Assembly: GCA_016618085.1 (NCBI GenBank)
Contig: JABLTG010000013.1
Coordinates: forward strand, 62,001 to 126,000
From: Neovahlkampfia damariscottae
Taxonomy: Eukaryota
DNA: 64,000 bases
Reading direction: 5' to 3'
The translations under genes were made by a program, and so were the position numbers. Numbering within the stretch: position 1 is the stretch's first letter; each line of letters starts with the position of its first letter. The notes below the pieces were generated by a model. The model did no database searches, had not been told where the DNA came from, and worked only from the letters and a program-made list of their open reading frames with translations. Shown piece after piece: positions 1 to 13,172 of this stretch.

Positions 1-2569
1 ATTTCAAAGACATCAAAAATCAATTTTATTGCAACTGGAAAGTTCGCTATGAATAGCAAAAGTTTGGTATACGCTACAATAGCTTTTAAGGATTCAAAAT
101 TTGTTGTTGATTTTTCAACTAATTCTTGAAACACTTCAATGGCTTCCTCAAGTTTACAGGATAAAAATAAATTTGTTGCTTGCATGAAATTTACTCTGTA
201 AGTCAAATCATGAATTAATTCCCAAGCATTTTCTGTCAATAAAGATCTAGCGGTTGATGAAAATTTTAAAGCTGGTTCAAAAGCATAGTTCTTTGTAGCA
301 ACCTTGGATGCCATTAAATTCAATGAAATTAAGTGATTTCTGTCATGAAATATATCCGATGCTTCATTCAAATTGTTTACAATATCAAAAATATGAGTCT
401 CAACATCATCTTGTTTCATTGCAGTTTTCAATAATTTTTCTCCAATTTTCAAGTGAGTTTGAGCTTTATCTTTAAAAATTTCGTACGCAGCTTGTTGTAA
501 TCGATCATGAACAAATTTATAACTTGAATCTTTTTGATAGATCCAACCCAATGTGATCGGAATCAAAAGATCTTTGTAGGTTTCTTGTGGAGATTTGTCA
601 TAAACCATGCACATTACTTCAATGGTAAATGTATTTCCAATACAAGCTGCAATGTTTAAAATAATTTTTGTGGTTTCAGTAAATTCATTCAAATTTCCAA
701 CCATGAAATCAACAACATTATCACTGAATTTTGTGTTTGAAATCTCTTTTAAATCCCAATTCCATTTCTCAGTTGAATAATCAAATTTAATCAAATTCTT
801 ATCATATAACGCCAAAGTGAATTCTTTCATGAAAAATGGATTTCCATTGGTTTTTTTGAAAACTACATTGGAAAGTTCTTTGATGTCTTTTGATTTCAAA
901 GAATCAGACAAAAATTCTTCAATATTTTGGAAATCTAAATGGTCTAGAGTTACTGTGATAAATTCTCTTTCAGTCAACAATGGCTGAAGAATTGTCATCA
1001 ATGGATGAGATTCAGAAACTTCATTATCTCTGTAAGCCCCAAGAATGAATAATCTAACATCTTTTTCAGACAATAATTGTTCAATTAATGATAAAGAAGG
1101 TGGATCAGCCCATTGTAAATCATCCAAAAATAGTGCTAAGACATTTCCATTTGAAGCATAGATTTTCAAAAAATCAATAATTGCAGAGATGAATCTTTTT
1201 TGTTCATCACTTTCTGAAGGTAAATCAAGTAATTCTGGTAGATCTTCACCTAATACATAAATACTCTCTGGGATAAAATTGGTGATGATTTTCGCTCGAT
1301 CTGTTAAAACTGATAAAATTTCTCTTTTATGTTCAATTAATTCTTCTTTTGATTTCAATGCTAAAAATCCGAATAACTTTTTGAAAATTCTGCTCAAAGA
1401 GATGAATACTTTACAATTTACTTACTGGATGAACGCAAAATAAGGTCTTGATTTTTGAAATTGATCATATTTTCCAGTGAACACTAAACGATATTTTTCT
1501 TTAATGAGAATATCATCAACCAATCTCGACTTTCCAATTCCACTTGAACCACAGATCATGCACATTTCAACAGAATCATTTTGTTCCACAAATTGAAGTC
1601 TTTCTTTCAATAATTTTACTTCTTTGTCTCTTCCATAGAGTTTGTTATCAAATCTAAAAATATCATCAACATCAAGTTGTCCTGCTCTGAATGTTTTTAA
1701 AATGTCTTGATTTTTCAAATTTTGTTGAATGAATTCTAATTCTTTCTTTACACCAATGATTGAAAAGTAACGTTCATTTTGATTTTTTTTTATCATTTTT
1801 TGAATTACTTGTTCAATACAATCTGGTATTGATGTTTCAAAAGACTTTAAAGTTGGTGGTTGTTTTGCGATATGTGAATAAACAACGTTGGTCAAATCAC
1901 CTTCAAAAGGTACTCTTCCTGTTAGTAATTGGAAAAAAGTGATTCCAAGTGAATAAATATCGCTTGTTTTGTCAACTAAAGATGTAGTTCTACCTGTTTG
2001 TTCTGGACTCATATAAAGATATGTTCCTGTTTGGAAATATTAAAAAAAGTTGAAAAAAAACCTCTATCCGTTTTTGGAACCTTTGGATTTTTTAATGAAA
2101 CTAAAAAACTAGATTCAAAATCAATAATAAAAGTGCTTTGTTTTTCTTCACTTTGTAAAATATTCTGAGGTTTGATGTCACAATGAACTACATTTTGTTC
2201 ATGAGCCAAGTGAAGTTTGTAACAAACTGAAATTGCTGTGTTTAAGAACTTTTCAACATTCATTTTTTTGTTTTCTTTGAGGTATTGCGCCAAAGAAAAT
2301 CCTTCAAAACTTTTGGCGACATATAAATTATTTGGTTCATTAGTGAAATTGAGAGGTTGAGCAAAATCATTTGGATATTTTTCATATAATAGTGAGCTTA
2401 CATTATGGTCTTTTTGGTATGCAAGTTGGACAGATTCAGGTGGATAGTCAAAAGGAAACACCTTGAGGATAGCTTCTTTTCCTTCATAGGTTCCTCTAAA
2501 TACGTGACTGTTTGCTGATTTATGAATCGCATCTTTTGACGTCAACTTGAATTCTGAGGGCACCTTCAT
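1..2569 (-). CDS. Ser/Thr kinase + AAA-ATPase multidomain signalling protein (STK-AAA hybrid histidine-kinase type); 3' end outside the window
   Basis: Kinase motifs VVHCDIKPQNIL and GTYLYMSPEQTGR (joined across intron 2027-2061), DIYSLG; then LYGRDKE, Walker A GSSGIGKS, intron 1390-1425, LFLDDLQWAD, GAYRDNEV, GNPFF, FVHDRLQQAAY. The frame runs off the left edge. Confidence 0.85.
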
Positions 2570-2911
2570 GTTCACTAGTTCAATCAAAGTTGCAATGGGT
2601 CAGGATTGGTGGAAATTTGATTTGTTCCTGAAGTGGTTATTTGATTCAACAAACTTGGCAAATTTACGCATTAGGTGATAAATGTGAACGCTTAAAATGG
2701 AATTTTTTTCCAATACTCCTCTTTATAACAAAGCTTATTTCCAATAAGATCCTTGTCCTTCATTGTTTCCAGCCACATGATGTTATTTTTTTTGTAGGGT
2801 GAATTCTTCTCTAAGGCTTTGTTCAATAGTTGATAGTGTACTTCCACATGTGTATTTTGAAACCAGTTGTTTTTTGTTGACCAATCAAGTTATTTTCTGT
2901 AATTGTTGTCC

Positions 2912-3166
2912 ATGGCCAGGTCGTCTGAAGCGTTTTTAATCTCTGCTATTGGAGCTATTTTATGGTTTTTGTCCTACTTCAAATCTTCACCAACAAAGAA
3001 ATTACCAAATTCTTCTTCAGCAACAACAGAAAGTGATTCTAATTTTTTCAGTTTTCTTCAAGACTTTACAAAAAAAGGAGGTTTAAAAAATTTGTTAGGC
3101 GATGATTCAAGAGATACGTCAGTTCAATTTGAATTAATTTCACAAATAAATTGCACAACAAGGTAA
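2912..3166 (+). CDS. Hypothetical small protein with N-terminal hydrophobic segment (exon structure uncertain)
   Basis: ATG at 2912 preceded by CCAAT at 2881; hydrophobic stretch FLISAIGAILWFL; probable intron donor at 3163. No family recognised. Confidence 0.3.
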   Translation: MARSSEAFLISAIGAILWFLSYFKSSPTKKLPNSSSATTESDSNFFSFLQDFTKKGGLKNLLGDDSRDTSVQFELISQINCTTR

Positions 3167-3434
3167 AAAAAAAAAAAAAATTAATTTAGAAAAGTGTTGG
3201 AAGACCAATTTCTGTGAGTGTAAGAAATGCAGGACAAGACAGAAGAAGAATGAGATACTTTGGAGAAGGAATATAAAACCGAAATTCCAACCAAAAATTG
3301 TGTTAAAAAAAAAACAAAAAATTACTTTGGCGTGCTCTGAAGCAAATCAACATTCTTTCTTCAGTACCAAAAAGTGACAAGTTTTTAGCATTTAAACACA
3401 AAAACATTTTAATTTCAAAATTTTTATTTTTTTT

Positions 3435-4263
3435 TTAACCTTTGAATAAAACACCATTTTCATTATAAATTTTAACGTCTTTAGTTTTGAAATGAACATC
3501 ACCATCACCTTCAATATCCATATTCGCAACATATTTTTTAACACCAGCCATTCTTCTATGTCTTTCATGTCTTGATATTTTTTTGATTAAATGTCCTTTT
3601 TGTCTTAAAGTAAATTCTCTATTTTTAATTCTAGCTTGAGCATCATCAAAAGCCATTTTTTCTAGTTCCAATTGAAAATCAGATGCTTCTGCTGGTGGTT
3701 GCCATTGAAGTAATTCTGGATTTTCTTTTAAGTGTTCTTTCAAAGCATTAGCATATTCATCAATTGTACGTTCCCATCTATTCTTTCTTCTTGTCTAAAA
3801 TCAAGTTTTTTAAAAAAAAAAAATTCAAACTTGAATTTGTTTCGCAATTAACATGGATTTCAAATGATTAGCTAATTTAGAATCCATAACATGTTTAGGT
3901 GTTTGTAAAATATAGTTATCAAGACCACCTGAATTATTTTTAGTTTTAATTTTTTTTAACAAACCTTTATGTTCAATGTTACGAAGTGCTTTCATTGAAA
4001 CTTTCAAACGAAGTTTTTTACCAAGTGTTTCACTATATAATGACATTGCTTTAATATTTGGTTTCCATTTTCTTTTTGATTTTTTATCACTAAAAGTAAC
4101 AGTTGTTCCTTTTGAAATTTTTAATTATTTTTTTTATGTAAAAAATACCACTGAGAACACCTACACCATGGAACAGACCTGTATCTGCTCTTTTTGGTCG
4201 ACTACCACCTATTTTTTGTTTAGGTCGGCGAAAAATTCTTGTCATTTTCATTCCAGTTCTCAT
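3435..4263 (-). CDS. Mitochondrial ribosomal protein bL28m (multi-exon)
   Basis: Spliced translation MRTGMKMTRIFRR...KRADTGLFHG...FSDKKSKRKWKPNIKAMSLYSETLGKKLRLKVSMKALRNIEHKGGLDNYIL matches L28-family motifs. Confidence 0.8.
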
Positions 4264-4495
4264 CTTTACACAAAATTGTTGAGTTTGGTTTGTCCAATGA
4301 AAATGATTTTTTGACCAAGTTCAGGTTTTATTGAAGGTCGGTCAGCTATAGCTGTCAAATGTATTTAAACTAGTCAGTGATTGTACAAACATGTTTCGAT
4401 TCACTGTTGTTTTTTTTTGATCAACTGTTTTCAGTTCACCAAAGAAATTACAACTTGGTGCAACAAACTGTTCGTTGTTCATTAAATTTGAAAAT

Positions 4496-7001
4496 TTATT
4501 CATACAAAAATTTTTCACATTGAATCATAAAATATTGATTATAATAAAATTTCTGCAATGTGGTCACAATTTTTTGATCTAAATCATCATACAATTCAAC
4601 AGGTGATTCATTCATATTTTCTTGAATAACTTTCATTTCATCAGAATTCAAAAGATGTTTTGTTTTTGCAGAAGCACCCATAATCTTTTGTAAAACCATT
4701 GATTGAATTTTACGATCATTTTGATTTGAAAATCGATAAAACTCTATGGATTCATGTAAATTCAAAATTTGAGATGATGAAGTGAGTTCCAAGTATTCTT
4801 TAAAATCAACTCGATAAGGAGATGTTGAATCTTCAATTATCTCTTTGAAAATCTCTTCTTTTTGATTTTCATAAAATTTTAGTCTTGGAACTTCTTTTAT
4901 TGGTTGTTTTTCAGATTTTTTTGATCTTGGTGTTTTTGGTGCATCTTGTTGCACTTCTTCTGGATTTTTTCTTGGTGTTTTTGCTGTTCCAAAACCAAAT
5001 AAAGAATTTTTTCTTGTGATTTTTTTTGGTTCTTCTGTTGATGGTGAAGTTTGATTCACATTTTTTGAACTTTTCGAAAAGATGCTCAATGGACTCTTTT
5101 TTGGTGTTTTGGGTGATGTAATTTTGGAATTTTCTTTTTTAGGTGATGTAAGAATCGGATCTTCAACTTTTTGAAGTGTAGAGTCATCTTGAAATAATTC
5201 AAATTTCCTTGGTGTCTTTTCATTGGGTGGAGTATCAACAGCAGCTTCAAATGATTTTGGTCTTATTTCTTCAGTTTCATTTTCTAAAGTTTTTGCCATT
5301 GGTGAGCTAGGTGTTGATTGTGAACTCAAAAATACAGAAGGACTTTCTTTTAATAATTTGATGAATTCTTCTGACTTGACAAATTTAGCAAAATGTTCTT
5401 TCTTCAAAATTTTGATAATTTTTTCATCTAATTCATCAAATAAGTCCATTTTGTAGAATTTGATATCTTCAAATTTGATACAATGTAAATCTTTTCTTTC
5501 AATAAAGTGTTTTGCATTCATGTCAAAGAATTGTTCTTTAATTTGTAAAGCTATGAACTTAAAATCTCGTCTCATAGGTGTTTTATCATTCTCTTCGAAT
5601 TCCTCTTTGATGATTTCAATTGATTGTTTGATTTCTTTTGTTATTTTTGATTGGACAGTTTCTTCAGTCAATTGTGTCTCTGTGGATTCATTTTTTTGGT
5701 TTTTTTCAAGTTTTACGTGGTCTTTTGGCACAAGTTCATTTTTTGATATTTTTGTTTCTTGAGCATGTGAGTTTGGTTTGTTAATTTTTGGTGGAATTTT
5801 TGGAAGTTCTTTTTTTACATTTGTTCTGATGATTGAATTTTTTGTGACACGTCTTGGTGTTTGAGGTGGAATTTTTGGTAATTCCCGTTTTTTTGGTGAT
5901 ACTGGAGCTGTGCTTGCAGATGTTTTCAATTCATCTTTAACTTCCGGAGAACGTACAGGAGACTTAACAATAACAGAGTTTTCCAATGGTGATATAGGAC
6001 TCTTTTTTGGAGATGATTCAATGATTGCTTTTGGTGATTCATCTTTTGAAAAAATAAAATTTGGATTTGAAGTCCTGTAGTCTTCAATATTTTCGTGCAA
6101 GTAAAATAAATACATCTCTGGACCATACTTCTCCAAGAACAGTTTGAAATTAAATCGTATTTCATTATTTTTGTCTGCTAAAATTTCTTCAAAGTTAAAT
6201 ATGTCCGTAAAATCTTCTGAACTATCAATAACAACTTTAGTCACAGGTCCTGATATTTTAACTTTTGGTGAACTTGAATCTTTCTTTTTTTTCATTGATT
6301 TCATCAAGTTTGATGTTAATCCTTTTTTATAGTTTGCTCTTGGTGAATCAGTTGAAGAGTTGGTTGTTTTTAAGAAGTTTTGAATATCCTTCGTATTCAC
6401 CACCTTTCCTTTAATCATTTGTTCAATTCCTGTTTCTTTTAGAAAAAAATTTCTTCTTACCATCTTGCTCTTTTAGAAATTCTTGAAATTCATTTGATTG
6501 TAGAAACTTTTCATATGTCTCCATTCTAATATTATGCAATATATCTTTATCCAAGTTATCAAACAATGTTAAAGGATACTCATCAATTTCAAAAAACTCA
6601 TAAATTTCGATTTTAAGTTTTCCACTTGTGTTAACCTCATATCGTGAATTTGGAACAAGAAAATTTTCTTTTATGTACATGGCATGATTTCTCAAATCAT
6701 CTTCTGTCTTTAAAGACCTATAACTTTCAACTGATTCATGAAAGTAAAAACCTAATTTTTTTTCAGTATTTGTTTTTTTTACCTTCTGGACAAAATTGAT
6801 TTTCCAAACATTTTTTAAAATATTTTCTTATTAGACTTGTTGGACTTTCCATAAACTCATCATAATTATATTTTTCTTTATATTTGTCAATGGTCTCATA
6901 ACCAATATGATTTGCATGCGAAACCTGATTTGGAGTTGAGATTGTGTGTTTTCTTTTATTTTCTTGTTTTATTTTTAGTAGTTTTGTTTATTACTTTTCA
7001 T
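4496..7001 (-). CDS. CRIB-motif + multiple RGS-domain protein, paralog A
   Basis: ATG 7001, short intron, then ISTPNQVSHANHIGY (CRIB-like); RGS motif FYFHESVESYR...YEVNTS...LFD...ETYEKFLQS; two further RGS-like units; Ser/Pro-rich linkers. Confidence 0.75.
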
Positions 7002-7543
7002 TCACCACGAGGTCTTGCCGGTTTGGGTTTTCAAAATGAATTGACCGTTTTTTTGTTGAAAAAATCCACCAATGAAATCCACCTTTTAATTTTCATTCAA
7101 AAACACTAAAAACTATTAAACAATGATATATTATTTCCTCATTTTTCTCTCGAAATTTGACCAATCATCAACGACTAACAGAAAAGGGGTGGATGAGGAT
7201 TCGAAAACTAGGGTTGTTCAGATCGATATTCAAACAAAAATTCAAAAAGAACACTTCCAAAATTTGAATGGGATACATGATTAAATTGTATCTTGCCACT
7301 TGATTTTCTCAATGAAGATACAAAAAATTTTAAACTTTCTTGGAGTTGTATCTCTACCAGATGATGTCTTTGTGGGTTCTCCTTTGATGATACCCTTTGA
7401 TCCTTCATTTTTTTTCTATCTGGTGAAATCCAATTCCTTTAGTATTTGTCTCGTCCAACACGATCGAAATTAGATCAAAAAGTGTTGATTGGTTCATTGT
7501 TATTGAGATCAATTTCATTCTTTTTGAAAATAGATGTTTTACT

Positions 7544-9427
7544 TTATTCAATAAAAAAGAAATGACAATCAAAAAATTTGATTTCACTGATTTCCTTGAT
7601 AAAGTGCTTTTTGAAGTTTCTATTTCTTTTCAAGATTCCTCTGACCCACGTATGATTGCCAAAATAGTTTTCATTACCATGTACACAAACTGAAAATGAA
7701 ATCAATGAATAATTCATTTCCAATGATTCAAAAATTTTTCGATGTGAATTGATAAAACCAATTTTTTCACAAGAAAATTGAAGGTTTTTGATTTTTCGAT
7801 TATTTTGAATGAATTTACATAATTCTTCTTCACATTCTTTAAAAGGTATATCAACTAAGTCATTAATAATTCCAAAAATTACCATTGACTAATAACTCTT
7901 CCAATGTAGTGTTTTGGTTTATACAGTCAAACAGAAAACTCAACATTTCCGAACTCATTTTCAATCCTAATAATAAGTGCATTGTGGGTCTTACTCAATA
8001 AATCGAGTTTTTTTAAAGTATTGTTCATTTTTATTCCATTGAAAAATGATTTGTATTCTTTGCAGATTAAATGATCTTTTCAAGTTAATTGAAATTTACG
8101 AACCATCTAGAGATAATGTGATCAAATTTGATTCATTTTCTAATGATTTTGACAAATTATTGATGAATTTAGTGCCTAATTTCACCTCATTTAAAATTAA
8201 AACTTCTAATGATTTTTGTCCAATCAAACTGTTAAGAAATGTCAAATCAGCTGAAAAATCAGCTGGTGTCCTTGCAATGAATGATTTTAAATTGTTATCA
8301 AATTTTTTTTGTGATATTTTTAATGGCACTTCCGCTGAAAATGACCATGCTAAAAGTGTCAAAAAAAAATTATTCAAATACAAGAGATTTCAATTTCACT
8401 GATGCATTGATTATCCTTTAAACTATCAAAAATTTTATCACAATTATAAATATGACAATTATCAAAAATCAATTTTTTGATTGTTCTGTTATTCTTTAAA
8501 ACAGTTGGAATTTCTTTGAATGTATTTCTGGAACCTAAAAATTTGAAATTAACAAAATCAAACATTCAAAGTATAATTCTTCAACAGAAGTATTATTCTC
8601 CATGATTTTAGCAAATGATGAAACTTCAGAATCTGCCCAGTTTGTTCCAAATAGTTTCAATATTTTCAGTGTGTTGTTTTTGATCATTCCTTCATAAAAT
8701 GAATCAATTCTTTCTTGTTGAGAGCAGAACAAGGTTAAATTTGTTAAAGTAATATTATCCTTCAAAAATGAGCAATCACAATCTTTCCAGTTCAACAAAA
8801 TCACATTGGTATTTGTTTTCATTTTTGTAGAAAATTCCAGCATTGATTTCTCATCAAATGACAATCCAAAGTTAATAGAATGCAAAGTTTTGTTAGTATC
8901 CATAAACTCAAAACATTTTTCAAAGTTTGAAAGTGAATGAACTTTTTGTTCATTACAATCAATAGTTAATCTTTTAATGGTGTTATTTTTTGACAATGCC
9001 ATAAAAATCTCTTCAGAATCAGAATTTTTTTCAATTGTTATTTCTAAAAATTCAATTGTATGATTCATTATTAAATCAGTAACAAACTGTTTTCTGAATC
9101 TGAATTCAATGTTCCAAAAATTGTAACATTTTTTAATGACTTTAAAGTGAATAACCCCATCATTATTTCTTCGTTCAGTATGTCCATTGATATATCTTCA
9201 AGATTAGGATTATTTTTAAAAATTTCATAAATTGTGTTTTTCTCCAAACAGTGAGTCCAGGAAGCAAAATAAATTTCTTTAAAATTTTTAAATTTTTTTA
9301 AGTGTTCAATTGAGGATGGATAATTTCTGACATACAACCAGTTATCAAAATATTCAAGTTCAGGAAACATTTAATACAATTCTTCAACCTCATCAAGCCA
9401 TTTCTTTTGTAAAAAACTGTCGTTCAT
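7544..9427 (-). pseudogene. RNI-like leucine-rich repeat gene, probably disrupted
   Basis: Repeated NxTLxxLxL units; several canonical tiny introns restore the frame; in-frame TAA at 9371-9373 after 18 codons, and a probable -1 frameshift near 9085. Confidence 0.6.
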
Positions 9428-9818
9428 TTTTATTGGTTTCTTATCTTCAAAATGATCCTGACTATTTAAATAATACATATTTATATAGCGATACTTATTG
9501 CTAGTAGTAATACTTCGGAATTACATGACTTATTGGGCCGAAATAAACGATTTTGTTTCTGATGTTTTCAATGTTGTATTTTGTTTCAAAAATGAATATT
9601 CAATCCCTGGCCAATTTAATGAGAAAATGGAAGTATTTTCATTCATTCTCTTTGAAAATTGATATGAATTTATCATCTGGATGTAAAGAAAAATCTATTT
9701 TTATAGTCATTGGAACATTCTGATTGGTTAGAATTTCAAGAAACTGGCTTTATTTTTCTATTGATCAAAGATGTCAATGATTTTCAATATTTTGTTACAA
9801 AATTGAAATGAAAAATAG

Positions 9819-11989
9819 CTATTCATTAAAATTTTGACATTGAACCATGTAATACTGTGAAAAATAATTTTTTTTCAATGTTTCAATGATCACAACATCC
9901 AATTCATCAAACAGATCAACTGGTGATTCTTTAAACTTCTCTGACATTTTTTTCATCTCTTTTTGATTTAACAAATTTTTGGTCTTTGGAGAGGCACCTA
10001 TAATTTTTTGTAAAACCACGGACTGTATTTTTCGGTCTGCTTCTGATGATACACGATAAAACTCTATAGATTCATGTAAATTCAATAATTGAGAAGCTGA
10101 AATCTTGTCTAAATATTTCTTGAAATCTTTACGATATTCACATTTCGGATCTTTCATTAACTGTTGAAATACTCCTTCCTTTTTTTCTTCTTCAAAAACT
10201 AAGCTTTCTTGAAAAGGTGATTTTGATCTTCCTGAATTTGTGTTTCCTCTTGGAGTAGTTGTATTTCGAGGAGATGTTTCATTTGGTGTTTGTGTCAATG
10301 ATTTCATTCGTGAATGTTTTGAACGTGGAGAAACAACATTGTTACTATTTCTTGGAGAAGTTTGAATTAATAAATCAGGTATTTCATTCAACAATTTGAT
10401 AAACTCAGGTGATTTAACGAAATTACCAAAATGCTCTTTTTGTAATATTTTGATGACTTTTGAATCTAATTGGTTGAAAGTATCCATTTGATATTCGACT
10501 TTATCGAAATCTACAATATGCAATTCTTCCCTTTTGATATAGTACTTTCCTTTTGGTTTAAAAAAATCCTGTTTGATTTTTAAAGCAATCGATTTGTAAT
10601 CATCAGCAAAGGCCTTTTCATCTTTTTCATTTGCAGAAATAGATTTCTTTTTGCTCTCTTTTTCAAGTTTCTTTTTTTTCATTATTTCAAATTTTTTTTG
10701 TAATTCTGTCATTTCTTCTTTTGGTTCTTCTTTTGGAGAAGATGATTCACCAGACAAAGGAGTGTTTCTTCTCGGTGGAATTTTTGGACCTTCTGTATCT
10801 TTAGTAACAGAAAGGTTTGGATTTGGAGGTGTTCTTCTTGGAGGTATTTTTGGCATCACCTCCTCTTTAAGTGAACATTTAGGTGTTTCTTTTTTTGGTG
10901 CATCACTAATTCCTCGTCTCGGAGGTATTTTAGGAATAACTTCATCTTTAGGTGAACTTTTAGGTGATTCCAATGAATTCCTAACAACGTTCGAAGCTTT
11001 TGAAACACCTTTTTGGCCGATATCCTTTATGCTAAAAATAAAATTTGGGTTTGAAAATTTATATTTTTCGATATGTTCATGTAAATACAATAAATTAATC
11101 TCAGAGCCCGATTTTTCCAAAAAATTCACGAATTGTGATCTGATTCCATTATTTTTGTCTTTCAAAACTTCTTCAAAATTGAAAATGTCAGTATAATCTC
11201 CTGTTGTTTCTTGTGAAGTTGTATCCACAGTTGGACCTGAAATGCGAACTCTTGGTGATGCCAGTGTTGATTTCTTCTGTAAAGATTTGATCAATGATGA
11301 TTTAAGGTTGAATAAAGATTTCGGAGTTTCAGAACTTTGTGAAGTGGTAGATTTCAAAAAAAGTTCCAAATCTTTTTTGTTGATAACTCTTTCATTCATG
11401 ATTTCTGCATCTAAGAAAGAACGATAAAATTTACATTTTTTTTACCATCTTTTTCTTTCAAGAATTCTTGAAAATCTTCAGAGTGCAAAAACTTTTCATA
11501 AGTTTCTATTCTAATATTAAATAATATATCTGCATCCATTTTATCAAATAAGTTAATTGTAAATTGTCCTTCTTCAATTAGTCTCAAAGCTTCATTTTTT
11601 AACTTTCCACTTGTGTTTGCTTCATATTTTGCATCTGTTACAATAAAGGTGTCTCGAATATAAAAAGCATGGTTTTTAAACTCTTCTTCGGTTTTTAAAG
11701 ACCTGTAGCTTTCAACTGATTCGTGAAAGTAAAAACCTAACTTTTTAATTTTCTTTTTTTTTTCTACCTTCAGCACAATATTGTTTTTCCAAGCATTGTT
11801 TGAAATATTTTCTAATTAAAGAAGATGGGTTCATCATAAACTCATCAAAATTGTATTTTTCTTTGTAGTATTCAATGTTTTGAAAACCAACGTGACTTTC
11901 ATGTGAAAGTGATTTTGGACCAGAAATGGTCAATTTTCTTTTACTGTTGTCTGTTGTAATGTTTAATTTTCCGTTTAGTTACCTGTCAT
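9819..11989 (-). CDS. CRIB-motif + multiple RGS-domain protein, paralog B
   Basis: ATG 11989, first intron at the same position as in paralog A; ISGPKSLSHESHVGF CRIB motif; three RGS-like units collinear with 4496-7001; PKIPPRR repeats. Confidence 0.78.
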
Positions 11990-12203
11990 TTTCACTCTCC
12001 CACCTTAACTGTTGCAAGTTTAAGGAGTGTCTAAAACTTATTAACCAATAGAATCTTTTTATGTTTTTGCTCAACAGAAAAATTTGTTGAATATCTTTTT
12101 TTCAGAATTTTTTTCATATCGTTTTTTACCGAAAAGTAGAAATATCAATGACCAATAAAAAAGTGACGAGCGGAAAATTGTTGCGAAAAAAGAAAAAATA
12201 AAT

Positions 12204-13172
12204 TTATTCAACTTGTTGAATTTCTTGATGATGTCTTCTGCTAAATTTTTTTGGTTTAATTTCATTTTGTTCAAATTTTTCATCCATTTTTTCAAATAAT
12301 TCTTTTAATTTTGAAGCAATTACAACTTTTCTTTTGTTTGTAATTGTTTCATCAGAGAGTTTTTGAATGAATTCTTGAACTCTTTCTTCTTTTGATTTTT
12401 TGTTTTTAACTTTTTCTGATTTTTGAACTTGTTGAATTTCTGAAACATCTTGTTGTTCTTTTAATAAAGTTGCAAGTTTTTCAGCAATTTTCCCTTTTCT
12501 TTTTTCTGGAAGATCTGAATTGAGTTTTGCAGTTAAAGCATTGATTCTTTTTGAAACTTTTGAACTTTGAACTTTTGATTCAACTTTTTCTTCTAATTCT
12601 TCCACTTGTGGATAAATGGTTTCAATTTCAGGTTGATTTGAGTCTTTTTCTTGTAAAGCAGCAAGTTTTTCAGCAATTTTGATTTTTCTTTTTTCTGGAA
12701 GATCTGAGTTGAGCTTTGAAGTTAAATTTTGAATTTTTTTTTCAACTTTTGAAGTTTGAACTTTTTGAGTTGCTTCTTGACCTTCTTGTTCTTTCATTTC
12801 TTTTTTAAAAGATACAATTTTTTTGGCAACTTTTTCTCTTTTTTTTTTCATTGAGTCTTGCATTTGGGTTTCAACTTTAGGTTCTTCTTCTTCTTCTTCA
12901 ATGATTTCTTTTTTAAAAGAAGCAATTTTTTCAGCAATTTTTTCTCTTCTTTTTTTGGAAACATCTTTTGATTCAAGTTTTGCTTTTAATTTTTCAACTT
13001 TTTTTTCAACAATAGCATCTTTAACTTCAGTTTCTTGAACAATTTCTTGATTTGTTTTTAAGAATTCAAGTTGTTTTGTAATTTTGTTGAGTTTGTCTTC
13101 TAATTGATCCATTTTTTTGTTTTGTTTTTCAGTTCTGTTTTCAGTAGTGTTTTTGATGTTTTCAGTTCTCAT
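12204..13172 (-). CDS. Lys/Glu-rich coiled-coil protein with internal repeats
   Basis: 322-aa ORF; repeated unit KLNSDLPEKRKxKIAEKLA with degenerate copies. Confidence 0.6.
   Translation of the reverse strand: MRTENIKNTTENRTEKQNKKMDQLEDKLNKITKQLEFLKTNQEIVQETEVKDAIVEKKVEKLKAKLESKDVSKKRREKIAEKIASFKKEIIEEEEEEPKVETQMQDSMKKKREKVAKKIVSFKKEMKEQEGQEATQKVQTSKVEKKIQNLTSKLNSDLPEKRKIKIAEKLAALQEKDSNQPEIETIYPQVEELEEKVESKVQSSKVSKRINALTAKLNSDLPEKRKGKIAEKLATLLKEQQDVSEIQQVQKSEKVKNKKSKEERVQEFIQKLSDETITNKRKVVIASKLKELFEKMDEKFEQNEIKPKKFSRRHHQEIQQVE

Noticed and set aside
9371..9373. Stop-codon reassignment (TAA read as sense)
   Set aside because: TAA terminates many conserved genes here at the expected positions; this single case is better explained as a mutation or error.
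10651..11196. 181-aa plus-strand ORF (and similar Phe/Ser-rich ORFs at 5460, 12823, 53974)
   Set aside because: Antisense shadows of Lys/Glu-rich genes on the opposite strand.
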